Of a stretch of DNA of 61,757 bases, positions 28,341 to 36,364 are shown piece after piece. Location: IMG/VR virus record IMGVR_UViG_3300030098_005510, positions 1 through 61,757 of that record; one strand, written 5' to 3'. Below the pieces are notes generated by a model, which made no database searches, was not told the origin of the DNA, and saw nothing but the letters and a program-made list of their open reading frames with translations. The stretch's first letter is position 1; each line of letters starts with the position of its first letter. Position numbers and translations under genes: made by a program. This DNA comes from a virus (lineage: Duplodnaviria; Caudoviricetes).

Positions 28341-28979
28341 ATGTTCAAATCAATAAAAAAATACTTTAAAGGTCGTAGTGGTCAGTCACTCGCTGAATTT
28401 GCAGTAACAACTGCTATGATGGCCACACTTGCTACCACTGCTGCACCTAAATTTTCCGGTGTTGGAGAAGGTGCTAAGGAAAAGAAAACTCTTGCTGATA
28501 TCGATAAGATAATGAAATCAGCTAACAATTTTTATAATGCTAAGGTAACATCAGAAGGTCGTGGTAGATTTCCTGGTCAGGTAAAGTACAACGAAAGTGT
28601 ACCTGATAATAATGGTGGATATGCTAACGAAGATTTACTTCTCGCGAGTATCGATGTATTCGAAACTTTTGAAAGTGAAGAAGCATCCAAATGGGCTTCT
28701 GTGTTTGGAACAGCAAATTTAGAATCACCAGCACCACAAGGTTCTTCTGTGAATGTATCAGAAGATGATGATAATGATGGTTCATTTGATCTTACAGCTG
28801 GTGCCGAAGAGTTCTTGAATGAGTTTGGTGGTAATGCTATCAAATCACCTTTCCAGGATGGTCACTATATCTACACAGTAATTGCTGGTGGTGGAAGTGG
28901 ACAACAATCCTATTCTCCAATTCTTTATATTGCAGATTTGGAAAGTCCAAAGAACTTTAACAAAAAATTACAACCTTAA
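28341..28979 (+). CDS. Type IV pilin-like protein (class III signal, G|QSLAE)
   Basis: Basic leader MFKSIKKYFKGRSG|QSLAEFAVTTAMMATLATTAAPKF with E5 and P22. AGGAG RBS. Confidence 0.8.
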   Translation: MFKSIKKYFKGRSGQSLAEFAVTTAMMATLATTAAPKFSGVGEGAKEKKTLADIDKIMKSANNFYNAKVTSEGRGRFPGQVKYNESVPDNNGGYANEDLLLASIDVFETFESEEASKWASVFGTANLESPAPQGSSVNVSEDDDNDGSFDLTAGAEEFLNEFGGNAIKSPFQDGHYIYTVIAGGGSGQQSYSPILYIADLESPKNFNKKLQP

Positions 28980-29009
28980 AATCAGACTCGAAATCGAGCG
29001 GAGAATACA

Positions 29010-29441
29010 ATGAATAACAAAGGATTCACATTAATAGAACTAATAATGGTTACTATCATTTTAGGGATTCTCGCAGCAGTAGCTATACCAAGATATGTTG
29101 GTGTAGTAGACAAAGCAGAACAGGCTGCAGAAGATGCAATAATATCTTCTGTTAAGGCTGGTTTGGAAAACTATGCTGTCGAACAACTTCTTGATAATGG
29201 TAGAAAGAGTTGGCCAACCCATCCTTTTGATGCTTTAGACCAAGTACCAGTAGGATACGATTCAACAGATGTTGATAATGCTGATACCGATGGCGAGTGG
29301 ACATTCAATACCACAACCAACAAAATCACACACCAACGAAAAGATAACACTCGTTATGCTTGGGCTTATGACAAAGGAGTTCAAACAGGTGACAATGCTG
29401 GTGTTGGTTCAATTGGTACTAGAGAAGCTATTGTAGATTAG
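29010..29441 (+). CDS. Type IVa pilin/pseudopilin
   Basis: MNNKG|FTLIELIMVTIILGILAAVAIPRY, the canonical N-methylation motif. Confidence 0.93.
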   Translation: MNNKGFTLIELIMVTIILGILAAVAIPRYVGVVDKAEQAAEDAIISSVKAGLENYAVEQLLDNGRKSWPTHPFDALDQVPVGYDSTDVDNADTDGEWTFNTTTNKITHQRKDNTRYAWAYDKGVQTGDNAGVGSIGTREAIVD

Positions 29442-29452
29442 AGGGGATACCA

Positions 29453-29899
29453 ATGAGAAACTCAAATGCTGGTTTCACATTGGCAGAGATGGTTGTTAGT
29501 ATTGCATTAGTGGGAGTAGTAATGTCATTTGCTATTCCCACTTTTAGTAATGTGACTATGGATACCCAACGACAAATTAATCTTGCCAATATGTCAATTA
29601 TAAAAGATACATTTTTGAGATATTATCAAGAGACACATATGAAAGGTAATCCTCAACTTCCTACAGAGCCAGAAAATAATTTATTAGATGGAGAATATCG
29701 TCAAATAGTATTATCTGATGGTAGAACTCCTAATCATTTGTTTAGTGGAGATTTGCCATTCAATTCCAATCAAAATGCATTTAGATATGAAATAAAATCA
29801 GATACATCCGAGCAAGGATATATAACCAAACTATTTATTATTAGTGATGTGGACGAAGATAGTCCATCATATGAGGAATATATAATCGGAGAAATCTAG
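29453..29899 (+). CDS. Type IV pilin/pseudopilin
   Basis: MRNSNAG|FTLAEMVVSIALVGVVMSFAIPTF. Confidence 0.9.
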   Translation: MRNSNAGFTLAEMVVSIALVGVVMSFAIPTFSNVTMDTQRQINLANMSIIKDTFLRYYQETHMKGNPQLPTEPENNLLDGEYRQIVLSDGRTPNHLFSGDLPFNSNQNAFRYEIKSDTSEQGYITKLFIISDVDEDSPSYEEYIIGEI

Positions 29900-30294
29900 T
29901 GAGTAAAGGCTACACTTTATTTGAACTTGTGGTGGTGATTTTATTGATTGGAATATTAACTGCTGTGGCTATTCCAAGATTTGAAAAAAGAATTGAATTA
30001 GAAGAATTAAAAGCAGAAAAACAATTTGCTCATCGATTGTGGGAAGAGTTAGAACTGTATGCCGATATTCAAAAAGAATTAACAGACATCGATGTATGGC
30101 CTGACCATCCATTATCAGTATTAGGTCGTACAAGAGGTGTCATTGTTACTCACGAGTTAGGTATACCTGATGAAGATAATGAGTGGCAATTTGATGGGAC
30201 TAAACTATATCATAGGAGAATGAATAATGAGATTTGGTATTTTGAATACAACCCTAATAATTTTTATTTGTCTGAACTTCCAATTAAGTTATAG
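29899..30294 (+). CDS. Type IV pilin/pseudopilin, paralogue of 29010..29441
   Basis: MSKG|YTLFELVVVILLIGILTAVAIPRF. Shares WP-x-HP and EW-x-F...H-x-R with the 29010 gene. Confidence 0.9.
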   Translation: MSKGYTLFELVVVILLIGILTAVAIPRFEKRIELEELKAEKQFAHRLWEELELYADIQKELTDIDVWPDHPLSVLGRTRGVIVTHELGIPDEDNEWQFDGTKLYHRRMNNEIWYFEYNPNNFYLSELPIKL

Positions 30295-30841
30295 TCAAGA
30301 TGTACAAAGAACATCTGAAATCAAAAGAGATGTTGCTTATGGACAAGATTGTGATGATACAGAATATCGTAATGAATGGGGAACACCAAATTGGAAAAAC
30401 TATGGTAAGTGGTTAAGTGAATGTGATTCAATTCGTACTGTAAATTTAGATAAAGAGTTTGCCGAAAGAGACAGAATAAAAAGACTGAAGAAAGCAAAAC
30501 AAGATAGTATTGATATGGTCGAGATGCAATCAATAGAATTAGATTTAGACGCTATGTGGGAAAATACAGTATGGGAAGAGATTCAAGAAATTGGAGAAGA
30601 AGTAATCTACGAAACAGAATACATAACAGCTGTTGCCGGTGTTCGTGGAGCAGAAGCAGAGGACGAAGCATTAGAACATTTATATTATAGAAAAAGCATG
30701 AAAGGTTTGGCAAAATTAGACATACAAAAGGCATTAGGTAAGTTAATTTTAAGAAGAGAAAAAATATCAGACGACCACAAAGATGCCAAAAAAATAGATG
30801 GTTACATATCTCAGTTAAAACTTAAATTGAAAAAAGTTTAA
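30227..30841 (+). CDS. Secreted hypothetical protein
   Basis: Signal-peptide-like N-terminus and an AVAGVRG motif. Last gene of the pilin operon. Confidence 0.65.
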   Translation: MRFGILNTTLIIFICLNFQLSYSQDVQRTSEIKRDVAYGQDCDDTEYRNEWGTPNWKNYGKWLSECDSIRTVNLDKEFAERDRIKRLKKAKQDSIDMVEMQSIELDLDAMWENTVWEEIQEIGEEVIYETEYITAVAGVRGAEAEDEALEHLYYRKSMKGLAKLDIQKALGKLILRREKISDDHKDAKKIDGYISQLKLKLKKV

Positions 30842-30865
30842 AGCATTTCTTTCGTATTTTCATTA

Positions 30866-30872
30866 TATTTAT
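30866..30872 (+). promoter_or_regulatory. Putative late promoter TATTTAT
   Basis: 7 nt before ATG 30880, with no SD sequence. Confidence 0.55.
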
Positions 30873-30879
30873 AAATGTA

Positions 30880-31242
30880 ATGGTACATCTAAAAGACATA
30901 TTTCTAGAACTCATTGAAGATAATTCTTGCATTTACTGTGGTGAAATCGTTGATGAAAATTTAAGACAATGGTTTCAAAAAGGTGGTAAAGGTGGAACAA
31001 CTTCTGGTGGTTGGGATAGGTATGGTTCTGATGGACAAAAACTTGGAAAGTGTGGTGCAGGAAAAAAAGGTGGTGCTTATGCTGCTTGTTTGAGTGCCGA
31101 AAAAGCTCGTAAGCTTGGTAAAAAGGGAAGAGCATCTTTCGTAAGAAGAAAAAGAGCAGCTCAGAAAAAGGGTGGTGATGCGAAAAAAGGTGGTGAAAAA
31201 AGAAAAGCCCAAAAGTCAATCAAGGTTAAAACTGGTGCCTAA
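30880..31242 (+). CDS. Basic Gly/Lys-rich protein, putative internal head protein
   Basis: MVHLKDIFLE N-terminal signature, CxxC, highly basic. Confidence 0.65.
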   Translation: MVHLKDIFLELIEDNSCIYCGEIVDENLRQWFQKGGKGGTTSGGWDRYGSDGQKLGKCGAGKKGGAYAACLSAEKARKLGKKGRASFVRRKRAAQKKGGDAKKGGEKRKAQKSIKVKTGA

Positions 31243-32372
31243 TGTCTTTACCTTGTGGATACAAAAGTAATACCGAGACTGTAGCTCAGTATAGAAAGAG
31301 ATGTGGTCCTAGACCATTGGGTATGATAGGTAAGGTTCATGAAGGAGATGACAAGTTAGAGTTGATAAAGTTGTATAATAAAGCTCTCAAAATGATGCCT
31401 AACTCACCTGCACAAAAAAAGATAAGAAAACAGATTTCTGCTTTACGAAAAAAATTAAAAATGGATGAGGCACCAAGAAAACCTCGAAAGAAAGGTCAAC
31501 CAGCTGGTTCAAAAAAACACTCGGATTTATACACGGATGAAAATCCAAAGGGAACAATACACGGGCTAAAGTTTGCTACCGTAAAGGATGCTCAAAAGTC
31601 AGTCAGTAAAATAAAGGGTAGTGGAAAAACCCATGCTCATAAAATACAGGCAGCTATAGCTATGGAACAAAGAGCAAGGGCAGCTGGTAAGAAAAGTGCT
31701 GCTGGTGTGTATAGAAAATTTATTAACCAAATGAAAAAAAAGACTAAACAACGAAATGAAGGTTGGTCGGACAAATATAAGAAAAGTATCGACTGTAATA
31801 ACCCAAAAGGATTTAGTCAAAAAGCACATTGTGCTGGAAGAAAAAAACGAGAGAATAAGATGAGTTTAAAGTTAGAACAGTTAGTAGGAAAGGTTATTAC
31901 AGAAGAACAATTTGATGAGGCAGCTGGTAAGAAGGATGCTTGTTATCATAAGGTTAAAGCTCGTTACGATGTTTGGCCATCAGCATATGCTAGTGGTGCT
32001 CTCGTCAAATGTCGTAAAGTAGGTGCTAAAAATTGGGGTAATAAAAGTAAGAAAGAGTCTTATGATATATGGGCAGAAGATGGTTCATTTGGATATACAA
32101 TGACAGGTTTAGTTGAAGCTGAGTATCAAGGTCGTAAAGTAAAACTTAATAAACCAATGCAAGGTGATTCTAAAAAGTTCAAAGTTTATGTTAAAAATGA
32201 TAAGGGTAATGTGGTAAAGGTAAACTTTGGACAAGGCGGTGACGCTAAAGGTGGAACTATGAGAATTAGAAAATCTAATCCTAAGGCAAGAGCCAACTTT
32301 AGAGCAAGGCATAATTGCGATAATCCAGGACCAAAATACAAGGCCAGATATTGGAGTTGTAAAAAATGGTAA
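31242..32372 (+). CDS. Multi-module basic protein (putative internal head polyprotein)
   Basis: A string of short basic modules (SDLYTDENPKGTIHGL; SIDCNNPKGFSQKAHC; DACYHKVK...PSAYASG; FRARHNC...RYWSC) separated by Glu-ending linkers. Confidence 0.65.
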   Translation: MSLPCGYKSNTETVAQYRKRCGPRPLGMIGKVHEGDDKLELIKLYNKALKMMPNSPAQKKIRKQISALRKKLKMDEAPRKPRKKGQPAGSKKHSDLYTDENPKGTIHGLKFATVKDAQKSVSKIKGSGKTHAHKIQAAIAMEQRARAAGKKSAAGVYRKFINQMKKKTKQRNEGWSDKYKKSIDCNNPKGFSQKAHCAGRKKRENKMSLKLEQLVGKVITEEQFDEAAGKKDACYHKVKARYDVWPSAYASGALVKCRKVGAKNWGNKSKKESYDIWAEDGSFGYTMTGLVEAEYQGRKVKLNKPMQGDSKKFKVYVKNDKGNVVKVNFGQGGDAKGGTMRIRKSNPKARANFRARHNCDNPGPKYKARYWSCKKW

Positions 32373-33112
32373 AATTAAAAGACTTACTAACTGAAGGCGT
32401 TTTAGATCCTGGCATACTTAAAGCCGTATTTCTTGCTGGAGGACCTGGTAGTGGTAAAGGTTTTGTTGGAAGTGGATTATTTGGTATTCCAAAAAAAGTA
32501 AATGTATCAGCGTATGGCTTAAAACTTGTAAATCAAGATAAAGAATTAGTTCGTATGTTAAACAAGTATGGATTTGGTACAGACTTAGACGATATGCCAG
32601 AAGAACTATTTAGACAATTGACAGATCCTGATTACGAGGATTATAGTGGCTTACGAGGTAGGGCAAAAGAGTTGACTAGGGATAGACAAAAACTTTATAT
32701 GGAAGGTCGTTTGGGTATGATAATAGACGGTACAGGTCATAAGTTTGATAAGATACGAAAGAGAAAATTAGAATTAGAAGAAATAGGATATGATTGTTTT
32801 ATGGTATTTGTCCATACAGATTTAGAAGTAGCACAAAAAAGAAATATGGAAAGACCAAGAAAACTTAATCCTGAATTAGTAGAAGAATCTTGGAATGATG
32901 TTCAAAAAAATAAAATATACTTTCAAGGTCTTTTTGGAAATGCGAATTTTATGATGGTCGATAATTCAAATACCTTAAGTGAAAAACAAGCTACCAAAAA
33001 ATTTAATATGTTGGTTAAAAAGGGTATTGGTTCTTTTATCAAAAAACCAGTTAAAAACTATCGTGGTAAAAAATGGGTTGAAAGACAACTTATACTTAAA
33101 GGAATAAAATGA
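32366..33112 (+). CDS. P-loop kinase (zeta-toxin/AAA_33-like)
   Basis: AVFLAGGPGSGK Walker A, MIIDGT Walker B and RNMER lid. MVKLKDLLTE N-terminus. Confidence 0.8.
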   Translation: MVKLKDLLTEGVLDPGILKAVFLAGGPGSGKGFVGSGLFGIPKKVNVSAYGLKLVNQDKELVRMLNKYGFGTDLDDMPEELFRQLTDPDYEDYSGLRGRAKELTRDRQKLYMEGRLGMIIDGTGHKFDKIRKRKLELEEIGYDCFMVFVHTDLEVAQKRNMERPRKLNPELVEESWNDVQKNKIYFQGLFGNANFMMVDNSNTLSEKQATKKFNMLVKKGIGSFIKKPVKNYRGKKWVERQLILKGIK

Positions 33113-33567
33113 TTAAATTAAAAGATTTACTAAGAGAACAAGATGATTTTAAGGTCGATAAAAAACCTGAACATGAAATTCCATCTCATTTTGGAAGTGG
33201 TAAGGAAATAACTGTAAAGGGATATGAAACCAAACATTTTGACATATGTGCTTCAGCTGTAAGTTTATTTACTAAATTAGATAAAGTAGATAACGAAGAA
33301 GCAACAAAGTATATTGTCGAGGCTGCTAAAGGAATTGACCATATATTCGAGATGGAAAAGGCTGTTGTAAATAAAGAAGCATTAAATCACGATCCTATAA
33401 AACATGGTATTGAGATAACTAATACGGCATCTTTTCAATTAGGGTATGTAGCAAAATTAATTGATGATGATTTTATGGATGAAACACTATTCATACCAGA
33501 ACATATAATGGTAATGGTGGAAAGACAAGATGATATAAAAATAGATAAATCGTTGGATAAGGGGTAA
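33109..33567 (+). CDS. Hypothetical protein, putative internal head protein
   Basis: MIKLKDLLRE N-terminus. Confidence 0.7.
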   Translation: MIKLKDLLREQDDFKVDKKPEHEIPSHFGSGKEITVKGYETKHFDICASAVSLFTKLDKVDNEEATKYIVEAAKGIDHIFEMEKAVVNKEALNHDPIKHGIEITNTASFQLGYVAKLIDDDFMDETLFIPEHIMVMVERQDDIKIDKSLDKG

Positions 33568-33570
33568 AAG

Positions 33571-34074
33571 ATGATTAAGTTAATGAATTTAATATCTGAA
33601 CAACGGATAAACGAAGAGGCTGGTGTCTTCAAAAATAAGGATGCTGACAAGTATCTTAAAACACTCATGGATATGTTGGGTGAAGAAACATACAAAAGTG
33701 ATAAAGAGTATGGTTGGTATGATGTTACACTTAAAGATCCATACTATGTAAAAAATTTAGATAAGGTCTACATAATAGACGAGTCAATACCACATTCATT
33801 TCCAGCAGACCACAGAGATTTTTGTTACTCACAATATACTGTACCTGAGTGGAAACCAAAAGATGGACAACATACAATAGACACTCAGTTGTTTGAAGAT
33901 TTTGCCAAGGTGACAGGTTCAATTATCATAGATGGGTTGAAGGGAACTGTTACGGCTAGGTGTGGTGATTTGGTGGCAAATGATGTCACAATAAATTTTG
34001 TTCTTGATGTGGTGTCTGGTAAAATAGAACCATCAAGAGATGAATATAAAAAGAGAATATTAGCAACGAGGTAA
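33571..34074 (+). CDS. Hypothetical protein, putative internal head protein
   Basis: MIKLMNLISE N-terminus and DESIPH-x-x-P-x-x-H-x-D...TARC motifs. Confidence 0.7.
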   Translation: MIKLMNLISEQRINEEAGVFKNKDADKYLKTLMDMLGEETYKSDKEYGWYDVTLKDPYYVKNLDKVYIIDESIPHSFPADHRDFCYSQYTVPEWKPKDGQHTIDTQLFEDFAKVTGSIIIDGLKGTVTARCGDLVANDVTINFVLDVVSGKIEPSRDEYKKRILATR

Positions 34075-34076
34075 TT

Positions 34077-34397
34077 ATGGATAAATATAATAAATCAGTT
34101 CAACATCAATGATTTCACCACGCAACTTGGGGGTCCCCAAAGTATGAACATATGGGTGTTGGAAAAGTAACATGGCATTCACTCACAGAAGATGGTAAAG
34201 TAGAGAGAGTTCACATTAAATTTGGAAAAGAAGTGTATGAAAATGTAGATGTATCTCATTTAAAACCACTTAAAATTGAAGCTCATGGTCATCCAGCAGC
34301 TAAAGATGATGAAGAAAATCCAAAAAGAAAAAAGAACGCTCATAAGAAAAAAGTCAAAGAAGTAATTATCAAAGGTAAAAGATATAGAGCAATATGA
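34077..34397 (+). CDS. Candidate selenoprotein (106 aa, UGA at codon 12)
   Basis: GAGGT RBS and ATG 34077, in frame with track ORF 34152..34397 across a single TGA (34110-34112). Reads MDKYNKSVQHQ-U-FHHATWGSPKYEHMGVGKVTWHSL... Confidence 0.65.
34110..34148 (+). promoter_or_regulatory. Putative bacterial-type SECIS element
   Basis: ACTTGGG-GGTC-CCCAA(A)GT hairpin (34125-34143). The loop begins 19 nt after the UGA. Lower stem TTCA/TGAA. Confidence 0.6.
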
Positions 34398-34954
34398 TAA
34401 AGCTGTTAGATTTAATTAGTGAAAAAATTGTCTTGGATATTAAACCAGGAGATGTTATATTAGCTGGTAGATTCAAAAACAAAAAAGTTGTTGTCAAATC
34501 TATAGGAAAAGATGAACATGGTATGCCAACAATAAATGGAAAAAAGGTTGTGAATTTTAGAATATCACCAAAAAACGAAATAAAAGAAAGAGTTGATTTT
34601 TATGATACAGCAAAACAATTAGTCAAGAAAGCTGGACTAAAATCAAAGGTTGTTTTTGCGAAAAGAAAAGGTGTAAAGGCAGATTACAATGTAGATACCG
34701 ATACAATTTACATCAAACCAACATCAGATTTCAAAGATTTCTTAGTTACAGTTTTTCATGAACTTGACCACGCTTTAGATGCAAAAAAATTTGGAAAACA
34801 AAAGTATAAAGACAAGTATGAATTAGAGATGAACAAAGCAGTTGCTAGGGGTGGGGATGCACATGATGATAATTACTACGAAAAGAAAGCAGAAAAATTT
34901 GGTCGTAAGATGGCAAAGGACTATCTGAAGATTAATAGGAAAAATATTTATTAG
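34394..34954 (+). CDS. HExxH zinc-metallopeptidase-like protein, putative internal head protein
   Basis: VFHELDH...YEKKAE zincin pattern. MIKLLDLISE N-terminus. Confidence 0.65.
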   Translation: MIKLLDLISEKIVLDIKPGDVILAGRFKNKKVVVKSIGKDEHGMPTINGKKVVNFRISPKNEIKERVDFYDTAKQLVKKAGLKSKVVFAKRKGVKADYNVDTDTIYIKPTSDFKDFLVTVFHELDHALDAKKFGKQKYKDKYELEMNKAVARGGDAHDDNYYEKKAEKFGRKMAKDYLKINRKNIY

Positions 34955-35457
34955 TGAAAAAATTAGGTTTGGATGCCTCAACAACTACAGTAGGATATGC
35001 ATTTGTTGATGGCTCAGAAGTTATAGACATGGGATTCATACCCATTCAAAAAGAAAAGTCTATCAGAGATAAAGTTAAATTAACAATGGATATTGTTACA
35101 AATATAGATCCGTTTGAACATATTGATAAAATCAACATAGAAGATAGTCTTTCAGGTTTTATGCGTGGTAGAACATCACAACAAACAATAATAAAGTTAG
35201 CAAAGTTTAATGCTGTATTGACTTACTGTTTAGAATTTGCCTATGGTGAAATAATAGATGGTGTAAATCCCATGACAGCAAGAAAATACCTTTTTGGAAA
35301 AGCCAGAGTAAAAGGTGTATCAGCAAAAGATTTTGTAAAAAAAGAAATAAATTGCTTGTATAATTTAGAAGAATATGTTAAATTAACTAAGACAGGATTA
35401 TGGGATAAACGCAATATGGATGCCTACGACGCATTGGTGTGTGCCTTATATGAATAA
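34954..35457 (+). CDS. RuvC-like Holliday junction resolvase
   Basis: LGLDASTTTVGYA, NIED and D-x-x-DA acidic catalytic set. Confidence 0.82.
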   Translation: MKKLGLDASTTTVGYAFVDGSEVIDMGFIPIQKEKSIRDKVKLTMDIVTNIDPFEHIDKINIEDSLSGFMRGRTSQQTIIKLAKFNAVLTYCLEFAYGEIIDGVNPMTARKYLFGKARVKGVSAKDFVKKEINCLYNLEEYVKLTKTGLWDKRNMDAYDALVCALYE

Positions 35458-36364
35458 ATTAGTTTACTTATTAGAACGAACATTAAATAGTAGAAGTAAG
35501 AAACTAACGAAGCAAGATGAGTATATGTTTTACTCACCTTTCGTTAGTCATTACAAACCTAAATTACAAATCAACATTGTATCACAGAAGTGGCATTGTT
35601 GGGTTAGTAATCAAGGTGGTCATTCAATCTACTCACTATTTAAGAAGATAAATGTTGATAGTCGGTACTTTACTGAACTTAAGGATTTGGTATTTATACC
35701 ATCTAAGTCAGAAGATAAAACCGAATCTAAAATCATTGTATCTTTACCAAGAGAGTTTCTTCCACTTTGGACAATGAACAAATCTTTATATCGTAATCAA
35801 GCAAAATCGTTTCTACATAAAAGAGGTATAACCGATGTTGACATCAAAAAATACAAGATAGGATTTTGTGATTCTGGTTTATACGAGGGTAGAATAATAA
35901 TACCAAGTTATGATGACAAAGGATTACTAAATTATTTTGTTGGTCGTTCTTTTGTTGGTGAAAAAATGAAATACAAAAACCCAAATGTATCACGAGACAT
36001 CGTTCCATTTGATTGGTATATTGCTTGGTCAAAACCAATCGTGTTATGTGAGGGTGTGTTTGATGCTATGTCGATTAGGTCAAATGCCATACCGATGTTA
36101 AGTAAAAAACCATCAAAAAGTTTATTGAGAAAAATATTTGAAAAAAATGTCAAGACCATTTACATTGCTCTTGACGATGACGCTAAAAAAGATGCTTACA
36201 ATATGTCCGAGTTTTTAAGAGACTTTGGTATAGATTGTAAGGTAGTAAAGTTACCGACAGATAAAGACCCGAATGATTTGGGTTGGAAAAAGATTACCAC
36301 ATTAATACATTCAACCGAGTCAGCTAGTTTTAGTGACTCGATACAGGCAAGATTATATGGATAA
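35450..36364 (+). CDS. DNA primase (DnaG-type TOPRIM)
   Basis: FLHKRGI, GRIIIP, YFVGRS, KYKNP, LCEGVFDA, ALDDDA and KDPND. ATG 35450 (track start is 35420). Confidence 0.9.
   Translation: MNKLVYLLERTLNSRSKKLTKQDEYMFYSPFVSHYKPKLQINIVSQKWHCWVSNQGGHSIYSLFKKINVDSRYFTELKDLVFIPSKSEDKTESKIIVSLPREFLPLWTMNKSLYRNQAKSFLHKRGITDVDIKKYKIGFCDSGLYEGRIIIPSYDDKGLLNYFVGRSFVGEKMKYKNPNVSRDIVPFDWYIAWSKPIVLCEGVFDAMSIRSNAIPMLSKKPSKSLLRKIFEKNVKTIYIALDDDAKKDAYNMSEFLRDFGIDCKVVKLPTDKDPNDLGWKKITTLIHSTESASFSDSIQARLYG

Noticed and set aside
28987-28998. CTCG-AAAT-CGAG mini-hairpin between pilin genes
   Set aside because: A 4-bp stem is too weak to support a function on its own.
28341-30294. The window being bacterial chromosome because it has pilin genes
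   Set aside because: The flanks are baseplate, late sigma, head-protein and T4-like recombination genes on one strand, and there are no pilus assembly or housekeeping genes.
34152-34397. Track start at 34152 as the true gene start
   Set aside because: It has no clear SD, leaves a 77-bp gap in a tightly packed operon, and ignores the in-frame upstream ATG with GAGGT. It remains the fallback if the Sec hypothesis fails.
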